64,000 bases of DNA from Lama glama (Eukaryota): the NCBI GenBank assembly GCA_028534125.1, contig CM052817.1, forward strand, positions 99,760,001-99,824,000, written 5' to 3'. This document shows, one piece after another, positions 48,752 to 60,289 of the stretch. The position numbers and the translations under genes are program-made. The stretch's first letter is position 1, and each line of letters starts with the position of its first letter. Below the pieces are notes generated by a model, which made no database searches, had not been told where the DNA came from, and saw only the letters and a program-made list of their open reading frames with translations.

Positions 48752-51683
48752 AGGATGGGGGATGAGAAGGGGCTTTTACATACACTTGAAATTCAGCTTT
48801 TTACATTTTTCCTGTTACAGGACATATGCTCTTAATTTTATGAAACAAATGAAATAAAGGGACTCTCGTGTCAGCTATGTTGAATACTTACAATTTTTTA
48901 TGTTTTAAGAGTTTACTTTTCTCCCCCCAAAATGGGAAGACATTTCTTACTGAAATTATGGATATCAAGTGAAAAATGACATTTCTTTCTGGTGTTTGAG
49001 AATACATTATTATGAAAATGTGAATACTGACATACTGTTTTTTTTTAAATGAGGATAAAATTGTAATGTTTTAAATTTAAATAGTTTTTATAGGTCCCAG
49101 ATTAAATTCTTCTGATTATTAGGTTTGAATGTGTGTGTGAGAGAGGTAAGCATTTTGGCAAAGAAATGATTTTATCTTGCGAGACAAAAAAATATTGAAG
49201 TGTTTCTGAGCATAAAATTTAGGAAAGCAGCGCATTATGTAGTTCTTATTCACTGTGGATAAAAATAGTTACATCTAGTTAGTGAGTATTCTGCTATAGT
49301 GACCTCCCCCAGCACCTCTTCCTGAATCTTGAATTGAAGGTTTCTTCTTAAACTGGTATCTTAATATCTTGAGTTTCATATCTTGCACACAGTGCAAACT
49401 AAGCAAAAGATAAAATGTATGGAGGTCACTCTGTCTTTCAGATCCTATCAGCTAATTTGAATCTAATTCTTAGACTGTTCATGATACCTTGGCAGCGAGC
49501 CATGTACTTGTCATTTTATCTCATTATAGTTAAGTCTAGTCCTGTCAAGAACAGGTTTACTAGTCTTTTTTAGTTGCCTGCTTAAAATTTTTCATTTCCA
49601 AAATCAGCTGAAGAATTTACGACGATGATACTTGTAGACGGAGCTCAGGTCAGAGCTGTGAGCAGGTGAGGAGCTGCCTGGAGGAGGGAGTGCGGAGATG
49701 GGTGGTTTGAGGCTGGGGCGGAGGATGGATGGAGTGTTTGTGTCCAGAAGAGCAGAGCAGGGCTGAAATTGGGAGGATGTGTGATGTATGTGACACTGAC
49801 TAGTACGAACAATTTTCTTTTGTACATTTTGCATTAAAACGTGTCACCTACTCTTCTGGGATTAGGCAGTTGGAAGGTTGAAGAACAGAGGAAGTTGAGG
49901 TGTCATCTGGAGGGGACAGAAGGCAGAGGGATGTCCACCCTAAAAGCTAAAAATGATAACAGGAAGGTTCTATATGGGCCCTGCTCAGGGGCAACACTGG
50001 GAGAATCTTCCACGTGACAAAGAGGAGGGAAGGCTAAAAAACAATGAAGCGGGGAGACGTGGAAGGAGGAAGAGGTAGGAAGAAGAGGGAAAGGTGACAG
50101 GGAAGTCTTTGTCTCCTGGGAAGACACGTGTTGTTGATGAGATAACTTACGTCAGCGCCTCCAGGATGGGAGGGGCAGGTTTCCTGGCAAAGGATCAAGT
50201 CAGGCTGACGCAGAGGGTCTGCTGTGCGGTGTGGGACACGCATTCTCACGGCTGTGTGAGAATGGAAATGGAAAAGGATGCAGGGACCAAGTTGGTCTGC
50301 AGGGCTGTGTTCTGAGCCACAGCAATGTGTGTGACCTTGGAAGACACTAGCAGTTGGGACTAATGGAATCCATTGGACGGGTCATCTAGTGGAGTCCAGT
50401 CAGGCAGCCTAACAGGGCCATCTGTTTTTCTCAAATCATCCCTTACCTGGAGGACTTTGGGAATGGGGTTTACTTTGTAGTTTATTGAGGGCATTGACTG
50501 ATTAGGAGGGATTTTGGAATTTGTGTCATTCGCCTCCTCCTCCTGCTCCCCCCAGCCCTTTTCCCGGGTGCACTGTGGGTTCATGCTGTTCCCTGACAGA
50601 GCCCCATTCGCTGGGAATGTATTTCCTATTCTGAATCTTTCTCAATTTTCTTTCCATCTACCAAAATTTATGCTCACTCTCTGGTGTCTCTAGTCTCTGC
50701 AGATAACTGGAGCTAATTTAATGAAAACATTCATTCTCTTGTGTAGGGTTAATATATAACCCGTTTCCTGTTATATATTTGCATTCAAAAGAAGGATTCA
50801 TGGTATGTTGACTCAAAGAAGTGGTGGCATTTTGGGCAAGTCTTTGGGTAAATATTAAGATGGTGATATTACAGAGGAGTCCTATTATATGCATATTTTA
50901 CTCACGGGCAGTAAACTTGAACAAAAGAACAAGAAACGACAATTGGAATAGGGTGAGCACAGTGCTGGAGTGAACACCAGAGGGGAGAGATGAGCCAGCA
51001 GTTTGTGGGGAGATTTCATTTCCTCTCAGACTGTGGGCATGTGGGTTTAACAGCACGGCTCACAAAATGCAAGCCAAACACTTCATCTGCTGTTTACCTG
51101 AAGAAATAATAGTCTTTCCCCAAGGGCAGGAACAACTGGTCATCTTGGACTTGGTGAGAAACAGCATAGTGTTGTATTTTATGAGGAATTTCAGGGACTT
51201 TTCAAAGGCAGTTTTGACTGTTTGTAATTGCTGCCTTGAGTTTGACTTTGGACTCTAACCCAGTTCCCTGTGCCATTAGGTGTGACGTAACAGGATCAGT
51301 TGGCTGAGAGTAGGTCTTTCAGGGCCCCTGTGAGCCCCTTGAGATTTGGGACTGTGTGTCATTCATTGTTGCCAAAGGAGCTCAGAAAACATTTTTTTGT
51401 TGAATGAAATAAAGAATACATAACACTTCTGCCTAAAGTCTTCTCCACCCAACTGTGTCCCTAGAACAGATATGAGTAGGGACATTCTGACTCTTTGATT
51501 TACGGGTGATGGGTCTTCCTGAGTGGTTTAGATTACCTGTTGGAACTGGCTTGCAAGTGATTGACTTTCAGAGAGGAACTTGTCTTCTTACCTCTGGGTG
51601 CTGCCCTCGCCAAAGAAGATAGCGTCAGGGATTGGTTGAAAGGAAGATGGGTGTGTATGAAACCCCAATGGCTTTGAAGATGC

Positions 51684-51708
51684 TATTATTATTATTATTA
51701 TTATTATT
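51684..51708. repeat. (TAT)n microsatellite
   Basis: tattattattattattattattatt. Confidence 0.95.
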
Positions 51709-52920
51709 TTTAAATACCGAACCTGTATCTTCCATTCCCTGACGGGGCACCCTAGTCATTGCAGATGGTTCTGGCATCCCAGGGATGGACGGCTCCCCGC
51801 TTAAAAGATTCCTTCTCCTCATTTGCCCCTTGAAGGTGATTTTGAACTTGGAATTATGGGTGACTTCTAAGTTAAAGCATAATAAAAGATATCTCTTTCT
51901 CCCCCAAATTACCTTTCCCACCCCAGCCCCCCGTGCTTCATTCTGTTCTTTCAGCTGTGGTCCAGTTGTTGACTGCAGCAGTGATCCCAGTACTGGGTGC
52001 ACAGCTTACCTGGTAGCTTATAAATATATGTCATAAAGAAAAGTTTAGCCAGTTGAGTAGGTGGCCTTGTTGATAACAGCCTTAAACATGTGGCATCTTG
52101 CTCTGTCTCTCATAGCATTACCATGACAGTTAGTGAAAAGACCCTGGTTTCTGCAAGGTGTCTACTGGACAGGGTGAGTTTAAGTAGAGATAATCACCAC
52201 TGGAGTTTGTTTTTTATATGCGTCCTACAGAGGTTTGGTTGCTGCCTTCAGTGAATTTGGAAGCTCCTGGGTACACCATCCAGATCTTCATACCAGATGT
52301 ATATGGGATCTGACTGCTAAGCATTCATTCGGATGCTATTTTTAGTGTTTTGTCAGCCTCCTGGGCCGGTTTGATATTTTTATTTTTGTAATGTGCCACT
52401 CAGTCTTTTTTGTATTAGACTAGAATCGCAGAAATGGAGGGACTCTGAGAGGTAATCAAATCTAGTGTTCCTTAAACTCTTTCTTCCTTCAAAGGGACAG
52501 TAAAACCACTCATTTACACCTGTATGTAAATCAGAGGAAAGCTGAATTTCTGGTTCAGAGAGGCATGGAAATGGGAGGCCTAAAGCCTCTCTCCTTTCTC
52601 TGCTCCCTTTCCACCCCAGCCCCTGAGGTATTTGGATATAACACCTGGGGCTCGTGGAGCTCAGTTAGAAAACCACAGTTCTGGAGTGATGGATGTTTTG
52701 CTAAGACTTAAGTAAATCTTCCTGCCACCAGTTTGCTGTTTATTGCTTCCTGAGAGTAAAAATTGAAAACAGAACAGCTCAGGATTCTTCCTCTGCATTC
52801 ATCTGTAGTGTGAGTTACCTATAGACACTCACCAGTCATTAAGAAGCTCATTCTGTGTAGTGAATGTTCAGCCCAACCAACGTGCACCGTTAGGTACCAC
52901 AGGTAAAAGGCTGGCCTGAA

Positions 52921-53089
52921 GGGGCAGAGGGCATGGCTCAAGTGATAGAGTGCATGCTTAGCATGGATGAGGTCATGGGTTCAATCCCCAGTACCTCCTC
53001 TAAAAAAATAAATGTAATTACCTCCTCCCCCCCAAGCCAAAAAGAATTAAAAAATAATACAATAATAAACAAAATATTCAAAAAAAAAA
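52921..53089 (+). mobile_element. Vic-1-type camelid SINE, long form
   Basis: gagggcatggctcaagtgatagagtgcatgcttagcatggatgaggtcatgggttcaatccccagtacctcc...taattacctcc followed by an A-rich tail; degenerate TSD aaggctggcctga / gaagctgacctga. Confidence 0.9.
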
Positions 53090-53220
53090 GAGAAGCTGAC
53101 CTGAGTGACAGGTTGTACTGTTTGTTTTAATTTGGTGACGAGTATGGCATCTAAATGAGACTCCGAATATGCCTAAGAAGCTGGGATGTCCTTCATGAGA
53201 CAGGCTCTAATTGTATAGAT

Positions 53221-53405
53221 CAGTGATTCTCAAAGTGTGGTTCCCTGCCCACCAGCCCCAGCTGCCCCTCAGACTTGTTAGAATGCAAATTCTTGGCCTC
53301 TACCCAGACCTGCTGAATCAGGAGCTTTGAGGGTGGAGCCCAGAAATTTGTATTTAACAAGCCTTTTGGATGATTCTGCTGCACATTAAAGACTGAGAAC
53401 CACTG
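53221..53405. mobile_element. MER5A (hAT-Charlie) MITE
   Basis: Terminal inverted repeats cagtgattctca... / ...tgagaaccactg; internal gaatgcaaattct...cccagacctgctgaatcag. Confidence 0.9.
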
Positions 53406-53554
53406 GTGTTGGAGAACATAGTGATGGTGCCAGGGGTTGGCTTGGGGGTGTTTTAACACTACTTCCCTCCTCCCCCTTCCTATAAGCCCTCTTGTTCTGT
53501 TATGGAAAATTGATGTTTTCTCAATCTTATGCGAAGTCCTAAGCAAGTTTATCT

Positions 53555-53690
53555 TAAAAGAGGAATCTGAAAAGAATATATATATATGTATGTGTATAAC
53601 TGAATCGCTTTGCTGTACACCTGAAACTAACATTGTGAATCAACTACACTTCAATACAAAATTAAAAAACAAACAAACAAACAAAAAAAC
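53555..53690 (+). mobile_element. L1 3' terminus
   Basis: tataactgaatcgctttgctgtacacctgaaactaacattgtgaatcaactacacttcaat followed by an (AAAC)n tail. Confidence 0.85.
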
Positions 53691-56179
53691 CCCAAATACC
53701 CTAGCTCTGACGTTCAACTAGATTACTACTCCTTGCTCCCTTTTATGTGGAAATTCTGAAGCGACCACTGAATGTATAGGAACACGATTTCTCAGGTGTG
53801 TGTTGGAAGACCACTTGTTTACAAAAGGAAGTGATTTTCTGCTTGACCACCCGGGGCCTCATTTGTCTGCCGAGGTGACTTGGAGTCACCGTGCTTTCAG
53901 CTTCACGTCTCCGGTGATGGTCCGAGGGAGGATTTCCTAAATGCAGCACTTATGTGGCCCAGATCATCTTACCCACGTTTGCTATATAAACCTGTTCTTT
54001 TTCTCTTGTGACTTCCTGATTAACTAGGCATTCATTCAGCAGCCTGTAGCTGGGGGTTCCTAAGCTGAGATCCAAGAACCAACCCTGATATCAGAAAAAT
54101 AAGCTTGCTTTGTGCATATGGGTGTGACTTCTTGTGGGTAGAGGGTCCATAGTTTCCAACAGATTCTGGAAAGGATCTCTGTTCTCCCCACCACACCGCC
54201 CACCCCAAAGAGGGCTGATTAACTATTGCTTAAGCTACTTTTGGATACAAGTTTTAAGAAATCCTGGTAAGATTTGCAGCCATTTGTGGTCGAAGAGCTT
54301 TTATGGGGTTGGCAATCATACTTGGGCTGCCTCGTTGTCTCCTCAGGTGCGCTGGTCTTGTACCTGTGCCTTCATGCTTTTCTATTTCTGGTGATGGGGA
54401 CAGTTCATACTAGTTGCTGTCAGCAACATGCTTATCCAGTAGGTTCAGGTAGTTTCTTTTAAAAATTCGATCCTTTGAGGTGTATAGAGCAGGAAGATTG
54501 TTACCCCTATTTACAGTTGATGACACTGAGGCTGAGAGAAAAGCCTGAGACACTATCACTAGGTTTACCTGTCATCCGAACGTGCTGGACACTGCCACTT
54601 GGCTCACGCTTGGGTAACCTCTAAATACACCTGGACAAAGCCTAGAGAAATCTCAAAAGTTCATTGTGGACAAAAGGCCAATTATTCATCTCACACCTAA
54701 TGTCATTATTCCCTTTCTAAGGGAAATGGATCATGTTAAAATTGTGGCTTTCCTTTTGGCTATTCCTCATTTTAGTGATTTTAAAACAAAATTTCATAAT
54801 CTCCCCACTTCACAGTCAAATAAAAGCTGGCCCTAGCCCCTCTTCTTTTGTTCTCCAGAAGGATCATAGAAAAATCTTACCCGATCGTATTTTTCAGCAT
54901 GTTGGTTCATGAGAGGGCAAGTCATTGGCAGCCGGTAGCATCACCTCATTTTCATTAGATTGTTCGTTGGGTTTCAAAGACTAGTGCCCTTGTAACTTAC
55001 ATTATGCAGCCTTAAAATTGCTCATAAAAGTTTGCTGTGGAAGAGCAGCAAATGTAAGATAAATTGAGAAGGTTAAAGGGAAAACTGTGCTAAGAGCTTC
55101 TCATAAATGAATTCTCATCATAAAAAAGCACAGTGATTTCTCCAAGTGACAAATTAACTTGAGATTGTGCTTTGCATTTTTAAGTAATGTGTGGTAGCGT
55201 AATTCCATTTGTGTTCAAGCCAGAGGTCAGTGCCTTACTTATTCCACTTGTGCTTTTTGTCTAATAGTGTAGAGAAGAGAGCTGCATATGTGGGTATTAA
55301 TTTACTTTTATTTTGCAAATGCATCATGTCAGGATTCAGTCAGTACTGAGATTCTAGGGGTTAAGGCAGGCTGGCATTTAGAAGGTGTCTGTGCTGAGGG
55401 CTTGGGGCCAGAGCATTTTCCGAAAGGAGTATTCGTGTTTAGAACACTTCTTGTAAAGATTCTTGTGCTGACTTGACTTACGCTTTCACTCCAGTGGGGT
55501 CATGGCAAAGGACATCAGGATGTCAGTCATTTATTTCACTTCCCTGGCATTGGCTGGGTAGAAAAGGCATTAGTGAGTGGAGTGGTGGTTCTTTCTGTCA
55601 ACAAGTCAGAGGTTCGATTAAGAAAATTAACTGCAGTGGGTGCAAGTGACTCCATAAAAATATGCATATTAATGTCATTTGGACTCTTTGGAGGGAGATA
55701 CAAAAATATCAGTATTAATTTTAGAGTTTGTACATCTGTGATTTGTTGAATAGTAATGAGAATAAAGAGAAAAAGTTTCCTGCCTAGTGAAACTTGACTG
55801 ATCATGTGAAAACTCTTAATTCTTCAGGCCATGGTGTCAGAATTAGGAGTTTAGACTGGGTTATTAATAATAATATATTTGCCCTCTGTATTCTTCTGCT
55901 AAATTGTTTTCTTCTGTCTGTGGCTCATTGCATTTTTGCTTCAGGGTTTTAATTCGTGGGGCATGTGGGCTGCTGTGGACTTGTCCTTTCATAGGCAGAG
56001 CTCAAGGCCAAAGATCACATTTTTACTTGTGTGAGATTTTCTGTTGTTTCGATCTCAGGGGACTCAGTGGGTGCAGGTGCCGAGGAGATTAAGGGAGAGG
56101 AGGGTGGGTGCCTGGTCAGGACCTCTGAAGGGTGTACAAGTCAGTCCCGCAGCCCAGGATGGTGGTCTTTACATTTCTT

Positions 56180-56352
56180 TTTTTTTTTTCACATTTTTTT
56201 CTCTGTGATTTATAACATTTTGTGTATATTTCCCTGTGCTATACTCATGGACAGAGAATACAGACTTGTGGTTACCGGGGGGGGGGGGTAGAGGGTGGGA
56301 AGGGATAGACTGGGATTTCAAAATTGTAGAATAGATAAACAAGATTACACTG
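56180..56352 (-). mobile_element. Young L1 with 5' inversion (twin priming) and shortened 3' end
   Basis: TSD tacatttctt at 56170-56179 and 56353-56362; antisense part 56190-56244 abuts sense part 56245-56352. Confidence 0.88.
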
Positions 56353-59300
56353 TACATTTCTTAGAATAAGCAGAATAGATGCAAATACTTGAGGCCAGAA
56401 TGGAGCCTGAAGCAAAGCAGGCCTCTTCATGTTCCCAAAGTTCAAGTTCCTTTTAACTCTAGGTCTCTCCTGGTATCATTCTTTAAAAATAAAAAATTAG
56501 TGTATTTTTTTCCATAAAGAAAAAAAAAAACCAAGCACTCTTAATCCATGTTTCCTACGATGAAACCTAGTATTATGAAATCTGTTTGCCTCTAAGCAAA
56601 GAAGGTCAATAAGTTTCAATAGTATGTCAGTCAGCTGTCCCAGAAACCACACATAAGTTAATGGGTGTTTTGAGGTTGTGTATTCACTCACCTGTTTGGA
56701 CAGTTGAGGACTCTGGACATATGTCAGGTTAGGAAATACTTGTTTGATTACATGGTTTATTGTTTATTATAAAACATATTACCCTTATGTTGGAGTCCAG
56801 TGACTTATGATCTGACTTTAAAATACTTTTGCCATAATAATTTAAAAAAAGCCCTTTTCCAGCTGTTTGGCTTTTAACATATGTTTAGGCCATGATTTTT
56901 TTTTTGTTATCTTTTTAATGGAAGTAAAATTTATATAACAAAAGGCCATGAAAATTTTTTGTCAAGAGGATTTAAGAAAGGTTAATTGACTCAACACTTG
57001 GTTCATTTATTTGAATTCAGTGGATGATATAAAGCCAGGTCCTTGCCTTGAAGGAGATCCCAGCCTCCTAGGGATAAAAACATAAACAAATATTAATAAA
57101 GACATGTACAAGGTGCCCCGTGACTACTAAGGACGTTTACTGCACTTTGTTTTTTGAGCCCACCTCTGAAAGGGCTTTTCCTCTTGCTCTGGTTTTTGTG
57201 TGTGTGTGTAGCCAGTTGTCTCACTTCCCTTGTCTTAATGTTTTCTGTTGGGGATTTCATATGGAAGTTAGAATTTTGTCAGCTACTTTGTGCTTCTCAA
57301 AATTTCTTGCTTCTAAGACTCAAATACAGAAATGTTAGTGGTGATGCCGGATGTTAGTCCATTTGTAAGAGTTATAAAACTTGCACTTGGTATAAAACTT
57401 GATGTGAAAAAGGTACTTTCATCAGCTGGGATTCTGCCAAGCATATTTTTTCCTGTAAGCCTGTGGTAAGACTGTTGGCAATAAACTCCAGATCTGTTTG
57501 CTTAACTTAAGCCGGTCCTGTATTGCATATATTTTCATTTTTATTGTATGTTTTACCCCATCTCCTTAAAAAAAAAAAAAAAGCAAGCCCCAGCCAAAAG
57601 AGTATACGTCCTGTCTTTGCTTTGAAATATCCTGAAACTTCATACCTCATCTTTTTTTGGTGTTGTTACTAAAATCTCTTGCATGTTTGAAGTGATAATA
57701 GCAGTGCATTTTCTTTTTATAGTTGTAAATGAAGAGTTAAGTGGACAATATTTATAGAGATCTCTAAAATTCTTAGAAGACTAAATGAAATGAAACAGTA
57801 TTATGCAGGATGAATACAGTATTTTCTTATATTAAACTGAGTTTTATGAAGGGGAATTTTTCTCAGTACTGTTTTTAATTTTAAGACTTTAGTCTCCTTT
57901 TTTTATAGTTATACTCATTAGACTCCCTCACTTCCCTATTCTAAGGCATTTCTGAACTGGTACAATTGTCATTTTCTTCTTAAGTTGGCAAAGTATGGTA
58001 TCTTTTAAATGTTATTTTTAAGAATTCTTCTTTAATGTCTCTTCCTTGGCCCATGAAATGTAAGAATTGACTTCAGTTGACTTCACTTTAATAATCTTGT
58101 TTTATTAAAATCTTGTGACATGCTGGTCAAGGGCTAGAACGTAATTTTTTTATGGCCAAATTTTAAACCTTACCTGGAGTTTTATTTTACTTCTCTCTAT
58201 GTGAATTGCTTAAAGGACAAGCTTATCTGATTACACTTTACAGTTTTACAGAAAGGACTTTTTCCTCCTTTCACTATCTTGACAGCTGAGAAAGTCAAGG
58301 CAACAATCAACAGGCTGGTTCAAGAGAGTGAGGATTTGTCCAGTGCACTGGAATTTGCTTCCTCTCCAGTGTGAAAGCTTGTATTTGTGGCATACAAAGT
58401 GACGTTGTGTAAAAATGTGAAGGACAGGTGTTTACTCTGGCCCTGACCAAGGTGAGAATTTGAGATGGGAGAGCTGGGCTCTGTCGAGGAGGTGATTTGG
58501 AACTAGACCAGTCTGTCAGTTTTGTTACCTATCATTGAAACTGGGGACTAAGTGAAGAAGGAGATTTCAGTTCAAAACTCATAATGTAGCTTTAAAGACT
58601 TTTTTCTTTTGGCTGATGTATTTTAAGGAGTTGAATACATTTTTCCATAAATTTTACTGCCTTCTATTTACCTTTGAGCAGAAGCCAACGGAGAAATATT
58701 TAGAAGGTTATGAGCAACAATAAAATGAACTGTTAAAAAAACCCTTTTGTGGCATTCTTCAAGTGTGTGCTGGTAGAAAAATTACTGTAATTTGATAGTG
58801 AAATGTTGGAAATGATTTTATTTACTATTTAGACATAACATAAACGAGCCTGGCTTTGTAAATGCACAGGTTCAAAACATTTAGTTATGCCTCACTAGCT
58901 CAAATTTTCACTCATTATGCTTTACACTGATGGAATTAAATATGACACATTGCATCGTTGGATCAGCCCCACAGTTCTAAAATACAGGGTTTGACTGAAT
59001 TCTGAAAAAAAGAAATTAAAGAGACTGTTTAATGTCAGAAATGATTTGTGAAATTTTATTTGTAGCATAAAGTTGGTTCAAGGAAGTATCCCAGTGCTAG
59101 AAGAAGGAAAGCCCATGAACATGTAATTGTAAATCACCCTCACTGAGACCAAAAATGATTATTAGGCTTTGAAGGAGCGGATAATTTCTCAAAGCCAGGT
59201 CCTTGGTGTCTGTACTGGTCATAACATGGCCAGTCCCTGGGAGAGTGCACGTCTAGTACTTGTGTCTGCCAGCACCAGTAGGAGTCATGTGTTCAATGGC

Positions 59301-59689
59301 CATTCCATCTTGAAGCATCTGGTTTTACCTCCTGGATATCCAAGGACATGTGTGGAGGAAGGTCAGAGCTTCGTGATGCTTGCTGTGAGGCTCTCAGAGA
59401 GGAGAGCTGCCTTAATATCATGCCTATATGTTCCAGGGAATTCTTTGGAGGCTGTCTTCTGATTCTCTTGCTTCCTTTGTACAGGGACCATCTACTTTCA
59501 GTGGAGTCACTAACTTGCACTCTGGTATGAGGAAGATTTTATGAGCGTTTTCTATGCCCTAAAATCACCATCGTCTGTTTCAGGGTTAAAGGCAGGGTAT
59601 TGGGAGTTGAACTTGGGTTTCAGCCCTATCTCTGCCAGTATATGGTTTTCCTTAATCTCCTTAAGCCTCACCTTTCCTGTCTATAAAAC

Positions 59690-59900
59690 AGGTGTTCATT
59701 CATGCATTCGTTTGTTCATTCAGTCATTTGGCAAATAGTAATTTCTCTGTGCCAGGTCCATTCTTGGTGCTGGGGGGTGAGCAGTGAGCAAAGCAGATGA
59801 GACTCCTGTTCTCACGGAGCTTACATGCTCCTGGGGAAAATGGAACATAAATGAATGGAAGTTAGATAAAATATATGTGAGAGAGCGGTGGCTGCTACAA
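59690..59900 (-). mobile_element. L2 3' end (preceded by a MIR fragment at ~59590-59690)
   Basis: ttcattcatgcattcgtttgttcattcagtc...tgtgccagg...cagtgagcaaagcaga...ctcacggagcttaca. Confidence 0.75.
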
Positions 59901-60289
59901 ATGAAAACAGAACAGGGTCAGGGGTAGAGTGACAGGATCAGAAGTTGGTTTCTTTCGGGTTTACGTGGGTGAACAGTAGACGGGAAGGCCTCTGTGTGCA
60001 GGTGACGTGTCAGCAGGGAGAGGAAGGATACATGAGGATACGTGGGGACAGAACATCTCAGGGCCCAGCAAGTCTGGCAGGCACCGCACAGTTATGGAAG
60101 GGGCGGGCAGGGGTTGGGGGTCAGCGAGGAGAGTGGGCATCTGGCGGGTGGGGGTCCACGCAGCCCTGGACGACGCACACCCAATGGGGCTGCTGAGACA
60201 GTGGAGGGAGGGGACAGGGCTGACGTGCGTTCTGCACACAGTAAAAGAACAATATGCTGGAACAAATGAGAATGGCTTTAGGAATCCAT

